Below are positions 50,173 to 59,224 of a stretch of DNA of 64,000 bases, in pieces. Position 1 is the stretch's first letter, and each line of letters starts with the position of its first letter. The notes under the pieces are model-generated. The model was given only the letters and a program-made list of their open reading frames with translations, made no database searches and was not told the origin of the DNA. The position numbers and the translations under genes were made by a program. The stretch spans positions 165,508 to 229,507 of the IMG/VR virus record IMGVR_UViG_3300023313_000001, one strand, 5' to 3'.

Positions 50173-50383
50173 TAGTAGTGAGTTAGATTTAACCAGCGAT
50201 GAACTAGACAATGTAGCGCGTATAACAGCAAAGGCTGCTATAACTGATCCGTGTAGTTTAGAAATATTTGACAAACTTATGACACAGGGTGTTGGACGAT
50301 TTGAAGCATTGGGTCAAGCATTGTTCAACCAACACTTAGTTAGTGTGTTGAAGTTGGCAATGAATGAAGATGCTATCAAATAG
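50165..50383 (+). CDS. Hypothetical protein
   Basis: Short ORF overlapping previous stop. Confidence 0.45.
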   Translation: MCSSSELDLTSDELDNVARITAKAAITDPCSLEIFDKLMTQGVGRFEALGQALFNQHLVSVLKLAMNEDAIK

Positions 50384-51120
50384 TGTCTAACCGTAAATGG
50401 CATAATGAAAGTATAGACCATAAACTAGCTGATCGCAATATTGTTAGGGTTACGGATGTGTCTAATATACGTTCGCCATCTAATACTAAAATACAGTGGA
50501 TGTGTGAAGTATGTAATGGTGTTTGGTCAACTACTGTAGACAGTGTGATTAATTTAAACTCAGGATGTCCTCATTGTGCTGGCAACACCAAACTTACAGT
50601 AGTGGAATGTCAATATAGACTATCAGAATTGGATGTGTCTGTTATTAGTCTGGATGATTGTGGAACGTTTAACCATGAACGAAAGGGACAATTTGTTTGC
50701 AATAAATGTGATAATATATGGGAAACTACATTATCAAACATTTTTTCAAATAACCAAGGGTGTCCGAAATGTGGAAAGAGTGGTAGATATACTTCATCGT
50801 GGTTTGAATCAAACGATGGTTCGATTCCTGGCATACTGTATCTTATTAAATTATCTAACGACAATGAAGTGTTTATTAAGGTAGGTATAACAAAACATAC
50901 GCTTACTCACCGAATTGCTTCCATACCATACCAAGTGGATGTGTTGTATAAGTATCGTACAACACTGCACAACGCGTTTAATCTCGAACAAAGTATCAAG
51001 CATCAGTTTAATGCATACAACCCGACTATCAAGTTTGGTGGATGGACTGAATGTTTTCACAAAGATACATCTCAACAAATAATCAATTTTATCAAAGGAC
51101 ATTTACCATGCATTTATTAG
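50383..51120 (+). CDS. Homing endonuclease: two Zn ribbons plus GIY-YIG-like domain
   Basis: C..C..W....GCP.C twice; GILYLIKL..FIKVGIT..R; FGGWTECF. Confidence 0.72.
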   Translation: MSNRKWHNESIDHKLADRNIVRVTDVSNIRSPSNTKIQWMCEVCNGVWSTTVDSVINLNSGCPHCAGNTKLTVVECQYRLSELDVSVISLDDCGTFNHERKGQFVCNKCDNIWETTLSNIFSNNQGCPKCGKSGRYTSSWFESNDGSIPGILYLIKLSNDNEVFIKVGITKHTLTHRIASIPYQVDVLYKYRTTLHNAFNLEQSIKHQFNAYNPTIKFGGWTECFHKDTSQQIINFIKGHLPCIY

Positions 51121-51926
51121 ACAGAACCCCTGAATTTTGTATCATAGCACCAACACAATACTTGGAAGAGTATGCACTTCAATCCGAAAGCCATTTAATA
51201 TTAGCCCACTTAATCGATACAGACGATAGATACGCTGAATTCTATAAAGGTTTGTCCGAGGATCATTTGAAAATAATGGACAATGGGGCGTTCGAACTTG
51301 GAGAAAGTTACAATCCATCTAAGTTGATCGGGTTAGCTACTAAGTGTGGTGCAGACGTGATAGTGCTACCAGATTATCCATTCTGTGGTGGGTTTAAAAC
51401 TATAAACGCTGCCGAAGAGATTATTGATCAAATTAAAGCAGCTGGATTCAAAACTATGTTCGTCCCACAATCTCAAACGGGGGATACACAAGACTGGATC
51501 GATACATATAGTTGGGCTGCATCTCATCCAGATATTGATATTATAGGAATGAGTATTTTGGGAATACCAAATGCTATTCCACATATTCATAAAGGATATG
51601 CCAGAGTGGTAATGACTCAAATGTTAATTGACCTAAATGTATTTAATGCGGGAAAACATCATCACTATCTGGGATTAAACTCTGGTCCCAAACTAGAAAT
51701 TCCCTCACTAATACAAATGGGTGCATTAGACACATGTGACAGTTCGGCACCAGTCTGGGCAGCAATTGCTGGCCATAGATACTGTGTAAATACAGACAGT
51801 TACATGCACACTAGCAAAGTTCCTCTCCCAGTAGATTTCTCCCAACAAAGTACTACAAATATGGATGTACATGAAAATATTCAGTACAATATTGATCTAA
51901 CATTGATGCTATTTGACCAGATGTAA
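51108..51926 (+). CDS. TGT/DpdA-like TIM-barrel (putative 7-deazaguanine transglycosylase)
   Basis: IMDNGAFE, VLPD, M.VPQ, HYLG, TCDSS parallel TGT/DpdA DSGGF, H.LG, FDS; next to DpdL-like gene and QueE. Confidence 0.6.
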   Translation: MHLLDRTPEFCIIAPTQYLEEYALQSESHLILAHLIDTDDRYAEFYKGLSEDHLKIMDNGAFELGESYNPSKLIGLATKCGADVIVLPDYPFCGGFKTINAAEEIIDQIKAAGFKTMFVPQSQTGDTQDWIDTYSWAASHPDIDIIGMSILGIPNAIPHIHKGYARVVMTQMLIDLNVFNAGKHHHYLGLNSGPKLEIPSLIQMGALDTCDSSAPVWAAIAGHRYCVNTDSYMHTSKVPLPVDFSQQSTTNMDVHENIQYNIDLTLMLFDQM

Positions 51927-51989
51927 CGTTGACACAACTCAATGAGTTGTGTAGGCTGGATGGCTATACAACTCAATGAGGACCATATA

Positions 51990-52538
51990 ATGTTTATTGA
52001 CCCAAAGACTGCTATCGAAAACAACTGGATAACCCATCCAGAATGTAACACATTACAAGACTGGATAGATCGAAAGTATCTAGGACCAAATGCTATTGAT
52101 TTCACCCTAGATCAACTATACAGTATCAACCACCACAATTTATTCACTATAAGTGAAGACACCAAACAAATGCGTGGTGGAGAGTTGCTTGGAATAGCAA
52201 ATACTGACGCTGAAGGGAATGAGTACTGGACATTATCTGCTCATGAAACATACGATGGAATGTCCTCAATGACTTTAGACCTTCCTGTAGGGGTAGCTTG
52301 CCAATTAGTGATCAGATCTACATTCAATCGCAATGGAATCTATCTCACATCTGGTTTGTACGACTCCAAGTTCCAAGGAGCATGTGGTTTCGCATTGCAC
52401 AACAGATCTGGTCTAGCCATGGTACAAAAAGGTGTACGAGTCGGACAAATTATCTTTGTATCATCTAGTTCAGACAGAGAATATGCTGGTGGCTGGAATC
52501 ATGCAGCTGGAACACATTGGTCAGAAACAAATGAGTAA
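51990..52538 (+). CDS. Trimeric dCTP deaminase/dUTPase family protein
   Basis: PNAIDFTL, RSTFNRNG, GLYDSKFQG, RVGQIIF, YAG.W. Confidence 0.8.
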   Translation: MFIDPKTAIENNWITHPECNTLQDWIDRKYLGPNAIDFTLDQLYSINHHNLFTISEDTKQMRGGELLGIANTDAEGNEYWTLSAHETYDGMSSMTLDLPVGVACQLVIRSTFNRNGIYLTSGLYDSKFQGACGFALHNRSGLAMVQKGVRVGQIIFVSSSSDREYAGGWNHAAGTHWSETNE

Positions 52539-53145
52539 TATAGTCCCAACAGGACATTTCAGTAAATTTCTTTGTATGGATTCGGAGACTAGTGGGGTTG
52601 CATTTGACTCAGCTGATCCTACCCACAATAGTAATACTGGTGAAACCTACCAATCAATTTCATGGGGATTAGTTGTAGTAGATTCCGTTACACTCACCCC
52701 GATCGATAAACTGTACGTTGAAATTAAATGGAATGGAGTGTCCACCTGGAGCTCTCAAGCTGAACAAATACATGGACTATCAAAACAACACCTAGACCAA
52801 CATGGCATGGATGAACAGGATGCTGCATGTGAGATTGCATCGTTTATTTTAGACCACTTTGATTCAAACACATCGGTCAATGTAGCTGGGCATAACGTAG
52901 CAACGTTCGATATGGCATTCATGCGACAACTACTGTCAAAGTATGGTATCATGTTTAAATGTTCCCACAGGTTCATTGACACCAACTCAATTGGATTCGC
53001 AGCATTCGACACCTATACATCGGATCAACTGTTTGAGTTAGTTGGTATTGAACGTAAACAACATAATTCACTAGAAGACGCTATGGCAGTGGTACGGGTG
53101 CTGCGTGTAACTAGGCAACTGTACAATACTATACTAGGAGACTGA
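52531..53145 (+). CDS. DEDDh 3'-5' exonuclease (DnaQ/RNase T-like)
   Basis: DSETSG, A..IHG, GHNVATFD..F, IDT, HNSLEDA. Confidence 0.88.
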   Translation: MSNIVPTGHFSKFLCMDSETSGVAFDSADPTHNSNTGETYQSISWGLVVVDSVTLTPIDKLYVEIKWNGVSTWSSQAEQIHGLSKQHLDQHGMDEQDAACEIASFILDHFDSNTSVNVAGHNVATFDMAFMRQLLSKYGIMFKCSHRFIDTNSIGFAAFDTYTSDQLFELVGIERKQHNSLEDAMAVVRVLRVTRQLYNTILGD

Positions 53146-53146
53146 C

Positions 53147-53419
53147 ATGAAAACGATATACAAATTGATGTTATGTAAGAGAACTAGTAGGTATCGTATC
53201 ATGGTGTACACCCCAATATCATCTAACTCACATGTGAGATTTACGCATACTTGGACTGATGATAATGGTCAGCTATTTAATATGAACTGGTTACAGACGT
53301 CCAACACTCCACTATCTATAGTACAATTCGATAGCGAAGAAGTTGCCAAAATTGCTATTGATGATCTACAGCGGGTATACGATATGGACAAGTACATTGA
53401 TGTTAGTTGTAGTACATAA
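53147..53419 (+). CDS. Hypothetical protein
   Basis: ORF with AGGAG RBS. Confidence 0.5.
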   Translation: MKTIYKLMLCKRTSRYRIMVYTPISSNSHVRFTHTWTDDNGQLFNMNWLQTSNTPLSIVQFDSEEVAKIAIDDLQRVYDMDKYIDVSCST

Positions 53420-53649
53420 TCCAATGTTGTACTACAGACATTGCAGAAATCTGTATTCAAAACAACACGTTACATAACATACATGAGATTAATGTTGACT
53501 GCATACCAATATACTCGTATTCTACTCCCCAAGTCCCCAGGTATTGGGGATTAAGAACTTTTTATCACTTATGTTGATAAAAGGGTTGTAATAGTACCCG
53601 TTTTCGGGTATAATAATTGAACATAGTATTGGAACCAAGAGGATTTACG

Positions 53650-54129
53650 ATGAATAATGTATCTACACTTAATTGGCAGCAACGTCTTGCCATTATTAGT
53701 AAACTAGCTCCAACAGATGAACGAGCATCTAAAGTTTTTGGTGTATCTGTTGATGAAATCAACACAGCACGAGATTCTATCACAGCAGATGAGAATTTTG
53801 ATGTAACACCATTCGCATCACAATTTACAACAACTGCTACAACAACTACAACAACAACAACTGCTACATCTACTGCAACAGGTATAAAGAAAAAACGTGG
53901 ACGTACTGGCAGTCGTGTAATCAATGCGTTTGCTAATGTATCATCCACACCAGTTGCGTTGGCTGACTTTGCCACTGCAAACAATGTGTCTGAAAATGTG
54001 TTACGCCAAGTTAAACGGTTTACTCACAACAATCAGGGAACTGTTCTTCCACAATTTGAACACAAAACTATTCGAGTTGGTAAGCGTGATGGTACATCTT
54101 GTATCTGGTTAGACGAAGTCTCTGCATAA
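53650..54129 (+). CDS. Hypothetical two-domain basic protein with poly-Thr linker (possible DNA-binding)
   Basis: FGVSVDEI HTH-like; TTTATTTTTTTTATSTAT; KKRGRTG; own promoter and terminator. Confidence 0.55.
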   Translation: MNNVSTLNWQQRLAIISKLAPTDERASKVFGVSVDEINTARDSITADENFDVTPFASQFTTTATTTTTTTTATSTATGIKKKRGRTGSRVINAFANVSSTPVALADFATANNVSENVLRQVKRFTHNNQGTVLPQFEHKTIRVGKRDGTSCIWLDEVSA

Positions 54130-54151
54130 CACAGTTATCCAATACTCATTT

Positions 54152-54178
54152 AAAGAGGGCATATGCCCTCTTTTTTTT
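54152..54178 (+). terminator. Intrinsic terminator
   Basis: aaagagggc-atat-gccctctttttttt. Confidence 0.85.
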
Positions 54179-54263
54179 ATGAGGAAGAGATTATTTGAGT
54201 CTTTTGTCTTGAATAAACAATAATTATCTAGTATAGTGATGGCATAATACCAGGAGGTACATC

Positions 54264-55178
54264 ATGGCAACAGATCCCACATTCAAATATTCAGAAATAT
54301 TTGCCAGTCTACAGGGCGAGGGTGCATATACTGGGCATGCTACTGCGTGGATTCGATTCTTTTTATGTAACCTGTCATGCGACGGGTTTGGACAATCTGA
54401 TCCAACAGATCCGTCCACGTATGTTTTACCATACAAAGATTTAGATTTAGTTGATATTAAAACTATAGAAGAGCTCCCTGTTTTTTCATATGGCTGTGAT
54501 AGTTCCTATACCTGGTCTAAGCGGTATAGACACTTAGCTAAAAATCACACTGCAGTAGAAATATGTAACCAAATACAAAAAGTTTACACACACCCATCAA
54601 ACCCTGATGGGTTGTTTCATCATCCCACTAGCGGTCAAGACACCCATATGGCATTCACTGGCGGAGAACCAATGCTAAATCAACGAGCAATTCGTTGTAT
54701 TTTAGAAGAGTTTGCAGATCGTAACAACTATCCTAAATTTGTTACAGTAGAAACTAATGGAACTAGACCATTCAAAAAAGACAATCTGAATACATTAATC
54801 GACTTCAGTTTCAACAACAGTAGCAGTAGAGAATGGTTTTGGTCTTGCAGTCCAAAATTATTCTCAACAAGTGGAGAAAAAGAAAAAAAAGCAATTCGAC
54901 CAGATGTAGTTGCATCATATGCCAATGTTAGTAATCATGGACAACTGAAGTATGTTGTAGATGGTTCTGACCTTAGTTGGAGTGAGGTCGAACGACATAC
55001 AAAATCATTTAGGGATGCTGGGGTAGATTGGGATGTGTACATAATGCCAGTAGGGGCTACTAAAGAATCACAAGAGGAAGATCGAATTGCTGAAATATCT
55101 ATAGAAGCAATTCAACGAGGATATAATGTATCAGGACGGTTACACTGCTATATCTTTGGTAACAAAATCGGAACATAA
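54264..55178 (+). CDS. queE: 7-carboxy-7-deazaguanine synthase QueE (radical SAM)
   Basis: SEIFASLQGEG..G..IRF..CNLSC..CDS, TGGEPML, ETNGT, SPKL, RLH..IFG. Confidence 0.9.
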   Translation: MATDPTFKYSEIFASLQGEGAYTGHATAWIRFFLCNLSCDGFGQSDPTDPSTYVLPYKDLDLVDIKTIEELPVFSYGCDSSYTWSKRYRHLAKNHTAVEICNQIQKVYTHPSNPDGLFHHPTSGQDTHMAFTGGEPMLNQRAIRCILEEFADRNNYPKFVTVETNGTRPFKKDNLNTLIDFSFNNSSSREWFWSCSPKLFSTSGEKEKKAIRPDVVASYANVSNHGQLKYVVDGSDLSWSEVERHTKSFRDAGVDWDVYIMPVGATKESQEEDRIAEISIEAIQRGYNVSGRLHCYIFGNKIGT

Positions 55179-55197
55179 TTAATACATAAGGAATACT

Positions 55198-55626
55198 ATG
55201 GCTGAAAAAATATACAGAGCTGGACTAATTCCAGTATACATCGATTCTGATAAGGAAATGCATATGTTGTTTATGCAACCATCCGATACTAGATATGGTG
55301 GATCAGATTACCAAATTGCTAAAGGTAGAATCGAAGAAGATGAGGAACCATACGATACTGCAATACGAGAAGCTGGTGAGGAGCTAGGGTTACGTCCAGA
55401 TAACATGACTGATGTGTATGATTGTGGCAGATGGCTTGGACGAACCTATTTTTATGTCGCAATAGTCGCAGATAAAGAGGATTTTGGGGATTTTCATTTC
55501 GAAACAGCTAGCACTAAATGGATGACACCAATGGAATTCGCTAAGAATGGTCGTGATATTCATCGCGAAGTGGTGCGCCACGCTACTAACATTGTGGAAA
55601 TGGCAACAATGTATACCGATATTTGA
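55198..55626 (+). CDS. Nudix hydrolase
   Basis: Nudix box KGRIEEDEEPYDTAIREAGEELG. Confidence 0.9.
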   Translation: MAEKIYRAGLIPVYIDSDKEMHMLFMQPSDTRYGGSDYQIAKGRIEEDEEPYDTAIREAGEELGLRPDNMTDVYDCGRWLGRTYFYVAIVADKEDFGDFHFETASTKWMTPMEFAKNGRDIHREVVRHATNIVEMATMYTDI

Positions 55627-55691
55627 ATACTTTACTTTGGCAATCACATAAATAGATAACACCAAACAACCAATACATGAGGCTAATATAA

Positions 55692-56378
55692 ATGTTTACT
55701 GATCAAATAGACGATCTCGAGCAACGAGGATTCACCATTACCAAGACAAGAGATGTTCAAACGATCTTAGAGCATTCTAATCCATTTACAGTAAAGGGAT
55801 CTGAGCGAGACATTCCTGCACCATTCAACGACACTACCAACAAATTCACAGTCACATTCTCTGGGTATCCAGTGTCGAATACTCTTCAGGAAAACGTTAG
55901 GCAACATACACTACCGTTATTTAATTCAATTAACGAATTAATTAATAAATTACCTAACGAGGACGAATCCACCAACGAAGCTAGCCAGCCAAATCTAGTA
56001 GAAACCACCTTCGGTCAACTAGACATCAATAGTGAATTCATGAGAAGTAACGACTTTACCAAACATCGTCCATACATTAAAATTGATAATACATCATGCA
56101 AGCGAAATGATGATTCTATTGGTAGTGTATTGGAAACAGTATTATCTAATGATGAAATCGTTTACATCCAACCATTAGTAGAAATGGACTACAGTGCGTT
56201 ATCTCCTGATCAAAAACGTAGTATTGTTCATGCTGCTCAAGAAGGATTATCAGAATCAGAATTCAATGAATACGCTGCAAACGAGCTTGAAGATGTTGCT
56301 GGTGTAGAAACCCTTGAAGAAGACGCCTATGCGGATTTGATAGAAGAACTTTATCAAATGTACTCTACCACCAAATAA
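55692..56378 (+). CDS. Hypothetical acidic late protein
   Basis: CATAAATA at about 55647; acidic; LVE motifs. Confidence 0.5.
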   Translation: MFTDQIDDLEQRGFTITKTRDVQTILEHSNPFTVKGSERDIPAPFNDTTNKFTVTFSGYPVSNTLQENVRQHTLPLFNSINELINKLPNEDESTNEASQPNLVETTFGQLDINSEFMRSNDFTKHRPYIKIDNTSCKRNDDSIGSVLETVLSNDEIVYIQPLVEMDYSALSPDQKRSIVHAAQEGLSESEFNEYAANELEDVAGVETLEEDAYADLIEELYQMYSTTK

Positions 56379-56614
56379 TCCTATTCCAATTATTAGCTGA
56401 CATGTGGGCAATTACACCATATGTCAACTGATAATTAATTACCAAATTCCCCTATAATCTATACACATATTCCGTTAATATTTGCGTAGTTATGCCATTA
56501 TTCCCGTTGACGTAACTACAATATGTCGATATACTCGATCGTGTATTCATATCATAAACAAGGCAACAATAACAACGACAATACCAACAACTACATCATC
56601 AAGGAGTTAATGCA

Positions 56615-56947
56615 ATGACAGACCACACAGCAGATATAGTGGATTTTATCGCTTTTAAAAAGGCACATATCCCACTGACGGCGCAAGGGTTTTGTAATAA
56701 TCTTACCTTATTACAATCCATTATGAAACTGACAAATCGCATAGGAGAACAATACGACCAATCTATAGCCGTCGGCAAAGAGATAGATGAAGACGCAGCT
56801 GATGTTACCGAACATATTATTGGCTTGATTCGAGACACCTACCGAATCTCCACCCTTGAAATAGAAACACATATCCAATCAACGTTTAATATACGCAACA
56901 ATCTACCTTCATACACTACAGAATATACTGGAACATTACCCGTATAA
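56615..56947 (+). CDS. Hypothetical protein
   Basis: AAGGAG RBS; TTGACG/TATACT promoter. Confidence 0.55.
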   Translation: MTDHTADIVDFIAFKKAHIPLTAQGFCNNLTLLQSIMKLTNRIGEQYDQSIAVGKEIDEDAADVTEHIIGLIRDTYRISTLEIETHIQSTFNIRNNLPSYTTEYTGTLPV

Positions 56948-56955
56948 CTGTGGCA

Positions 56956-57014
56956 CGTCTTTGTTGATCTTTAGGGTATATTGTCATATAATACCCTAAA
57001 GATCGACAAAGACG
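56956..57014 (+). promoter_or_regulatory. Sigma70-type promoter embedded in a 24-bp inverted repeat
   Basis: TTGATC-17-TATAAT; arms cgtctttgttgatctttagggtat and ataccctaaagatcgacaaagacg. Confidence 0.7.
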
Positions 57015-57022
57015 AGGTTCAC

Positions 57023-57517
57023 ATGAAGCAATTTATACTTTTAACCACATTAGTCCTATCAATACCAGGGTGCGCTACTGCTGCATCAAGATCGTTATCT
57101 ACCAAACCTAAATTAACCACTATGGGAACACCCTCAGCATGTGGAGTTAAATCCGATATCGTCAACCAAATAACATCAGCTTTCCCTAATAGGATATCTA
57201 CTGATGGTGGATATGATGAAAATGGTGATGGTAGAGTTGACACTATAGAATCAGTTACCACCTGGGATTTCTTTCAAATGACTCGAGTGTTGAATCAGGG
57301 TGTCGAATTTAAGCAATATCACTGGACAAATATCGATACCTGTTTCAAATTTAAGATGATTGGGGAAAACTACTACGAAGACAAAACTAAACCAATCGTA
57401 TGGCGCACTTGTCGAACCTTCACATACAACGTTATGGACCATCTAGGTAATCCACTTGGTAGCACATCAGGACATGCTTGTAAAAACTTTGGAACACATC
57501 AATGGAAAATATTATAA
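57023..57517 (+). CDS. Putative lipoprotein
   Basis: MKQFILLTTLVLSIPGC lipobox-like signal; C-terminal CRTF..G.AC..W. Confidence 0.6.
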   Translation: MKQFILLTTLVLSIPGCATAASRSLSTKPKLTTMGTPSACGVKSDIVNQITSAFPNRISTDGGYDENGDGRVDTIESVTTWDFFQMTRVLNQGVEFKQYHWTNIDTCFKFKMIGENYYEDKTKPIVWRTCRTFTYNVMDHLGNPLGSTSGHACKNFGTHQWKIL

Positions 57518-57584
57518 TTTAATCGTTGACCTCATTAACTATATTAGGGTATAATTCAACATACTTAAACTAAAGGATACTATT

Positions 57585-58112
57585 ATGAATGAACCAATTG
57601 AGTTTTCAATAATCAACACCAATATTACACCATCCACCACTCGTGTTTCACCTTCTGACCTACGAACTGAAACTGAAACTGAAATTCATTTAGATGCATC
57701 CACATCAACTAGATCTATTCTGGGCGGACATATCGTTCCTTCTGAAATTCCTTTAGGAAACGACAACGTAGGAATTGCATCTAGTGAAGCAAATATTGAC
57801 TCGTTTATTAACGTACAGGTCGACATGCTACAACGCCTGTACTCTGGAATGTATATCATGTCGCAAACGTTCTATCATATCTATGGTGATGAAAAACTGG
57901 CGATGTGTAAAGTTGCACTAGACGAAAACCTATTTGCCCCCCTTATTAGAGTGTACCCACAATTGGAAGATTTCGAATATCACTTGGAACTAGATGACGA
58001 CTGTCAAATTGTGGTGATTGGTGAGAATACGTTTGCAAAAACATTATTGCATGCAATTCAACAGTCGCTCGACGCTCCAATATCTGACACCGAACCCACC
58101 ATATTGTCGTAA
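57585..58112 (+). CDS. Hypothetical protein
   Basis: TTGACC-17-TATAAT-like promoter, AAGGA RBS. Confidence 0.55.
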   Translation: MNEPIEFSIINTNITPSTTRVSPSDLRTETETEIHLDASTSTRSILGGHIVPSEIPLGNDNVGIASSEANIDSFINVQVDMLQRLYSGMYIMSQTFYHIYGDEKLAMCKVALDENLFAPLIRVYPQLEDFEYHLELDDDCQIVVIGENTFAKTLLHAIQQSLDAPISDTEPTILS

Positions 58113-58224
58113 GTCCAATTTGTGGGGTATACAGTAGCTGTACATACCCCACAAATTATTCCCCAACTTCCCAGTCAACCATAAATACTCTCATATAAAT
58201 TAACGCTAGTTAAGGAAAATTTTT

Positions 58225-58536
58225 ATGCGAACTATCAGCATCCCTTTGGCCCTAGTTAGGGGACCAAGCATTGATATGGTAATTGAGATATTGCAAGCAA
58301 TACAGGATAGTGTTACTGAGCACAGCGACATATTTGAGTACAGTGTAGAGGAAGCTCTCACCCGTATTCACCAGGACATTGACGATGCCATCATTGATAC
58401 TGCAGAAACCTATCCAAATGCTATTAATATGGACTACATGATGGTGTATAACGGGGTAGCATGTGACTTTCTTCCTTGCAATGAATACACAGACGAAGTA
58501 GTTAATATCATGCAAGGAATATTAGGCGAACCCTAG
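58225..58536 (+). CDS. Hypothetical protein
   Basis: AAGGA RBS, late promoter at 58180. Confidence 0.5.
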   Translation: MRTISIPLALVRGPSIDMVIEILQAIQDSVTEHSDIFEYSVEEALTRIHQDIDDAIIDTAETYPNAINMDYMMVYNGVACDFLPCNEYTDEVVNIMQGILGEP

Positions 58537-58569
58537 ACATTATTAATGAGCTGATATATCATACGGCTC

Positions 58570-58905
58570 ATGAAAACATACAATATCAGACCAATACTAC
58601 TCACCTTTGTGGTCCTCAATATACTAGACCTAATATCAACAATATACCTTACTCAAATATACGGAATAGATGTTGAACAAGCCCCATTAGCTAAACATGC
58701 CCTTGAACTATTTGGTATAGTTGGATTATTACTAATTAAAGTGATTCCAATCGGATGCATTGTCGCTATCATTATTAACTACAAACCATATGTGATGATT
58801 CGCGCAATATTCTTTTGTAACTTCATTTTTACTGGAATTGTTATCAATAATCTAGGATGGATATATCTATCTCATAACCCAATACTAACACTTATCTATT
58901 CTTAA
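58570..58905 (+). CDS. Small membrane protein (three TM, LD..ST..E.P pattern)
   Basis: Hydrophobic segments; LNILDLISTIY..EQAPL..K..NN. Confidence 0.6.
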   Translation: MKTYNIRPILLTFVVLNILDLISTIYLTQIYGIDVEQAPLAKHALELFGIVGLLLIKVIPIGCIVAIIINYKPYVMIRAIFFCNFIFTGIVINNLGWIYLSHNPILTLIYS

Positions 58906-59164
58906 CATCCTGAATCTCTAATTTAAACGACTTCAACATTAATTTCGCAGTATTGATTGTCCATACAGGCATCCCTATAAACCCACCTTCATTATTTGTT
59001 CCAAATAATCCAAATATTTGATCATCATCCCTAGCTTCAGGATCGTACGCAACGTAATACGTCCCTGTTTGAGTTAAAACCTTCCTAACATCTAAATGAT
59101 GATTTAGGACATCATTAATCCAATCAACTACCATCGTTCTATTGTATAATGTTCGTTTGATCAT
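58892..59164 (-). CDS. Hypothetical protein
   Basis: ORF. Confidence 0.5.
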   Translation of the reverse strand: MIKRTLYNRTMVVDWINDVLNHHLDVRKVLTQTGTYYVAYDPEARDDDQIFGLFGTNNEGGFIGMPVWTINTAKLMLKSFKLEIQDVKNR

Positions 59165-59176
59165 ATTAGTTCCATT

Positions 59177-59199
59177 AAAAAAGGGGGCAAATACCCCCT
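59177..59199 (-). terminator. Intrinsic terminator
   Basis: agggggt-attt-gcccccttttttt on minus strand. Confidence 0.7.
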
Positions 59200-59224
59200 C
59201 TCAATTCATTTATTAACTAGTTGA

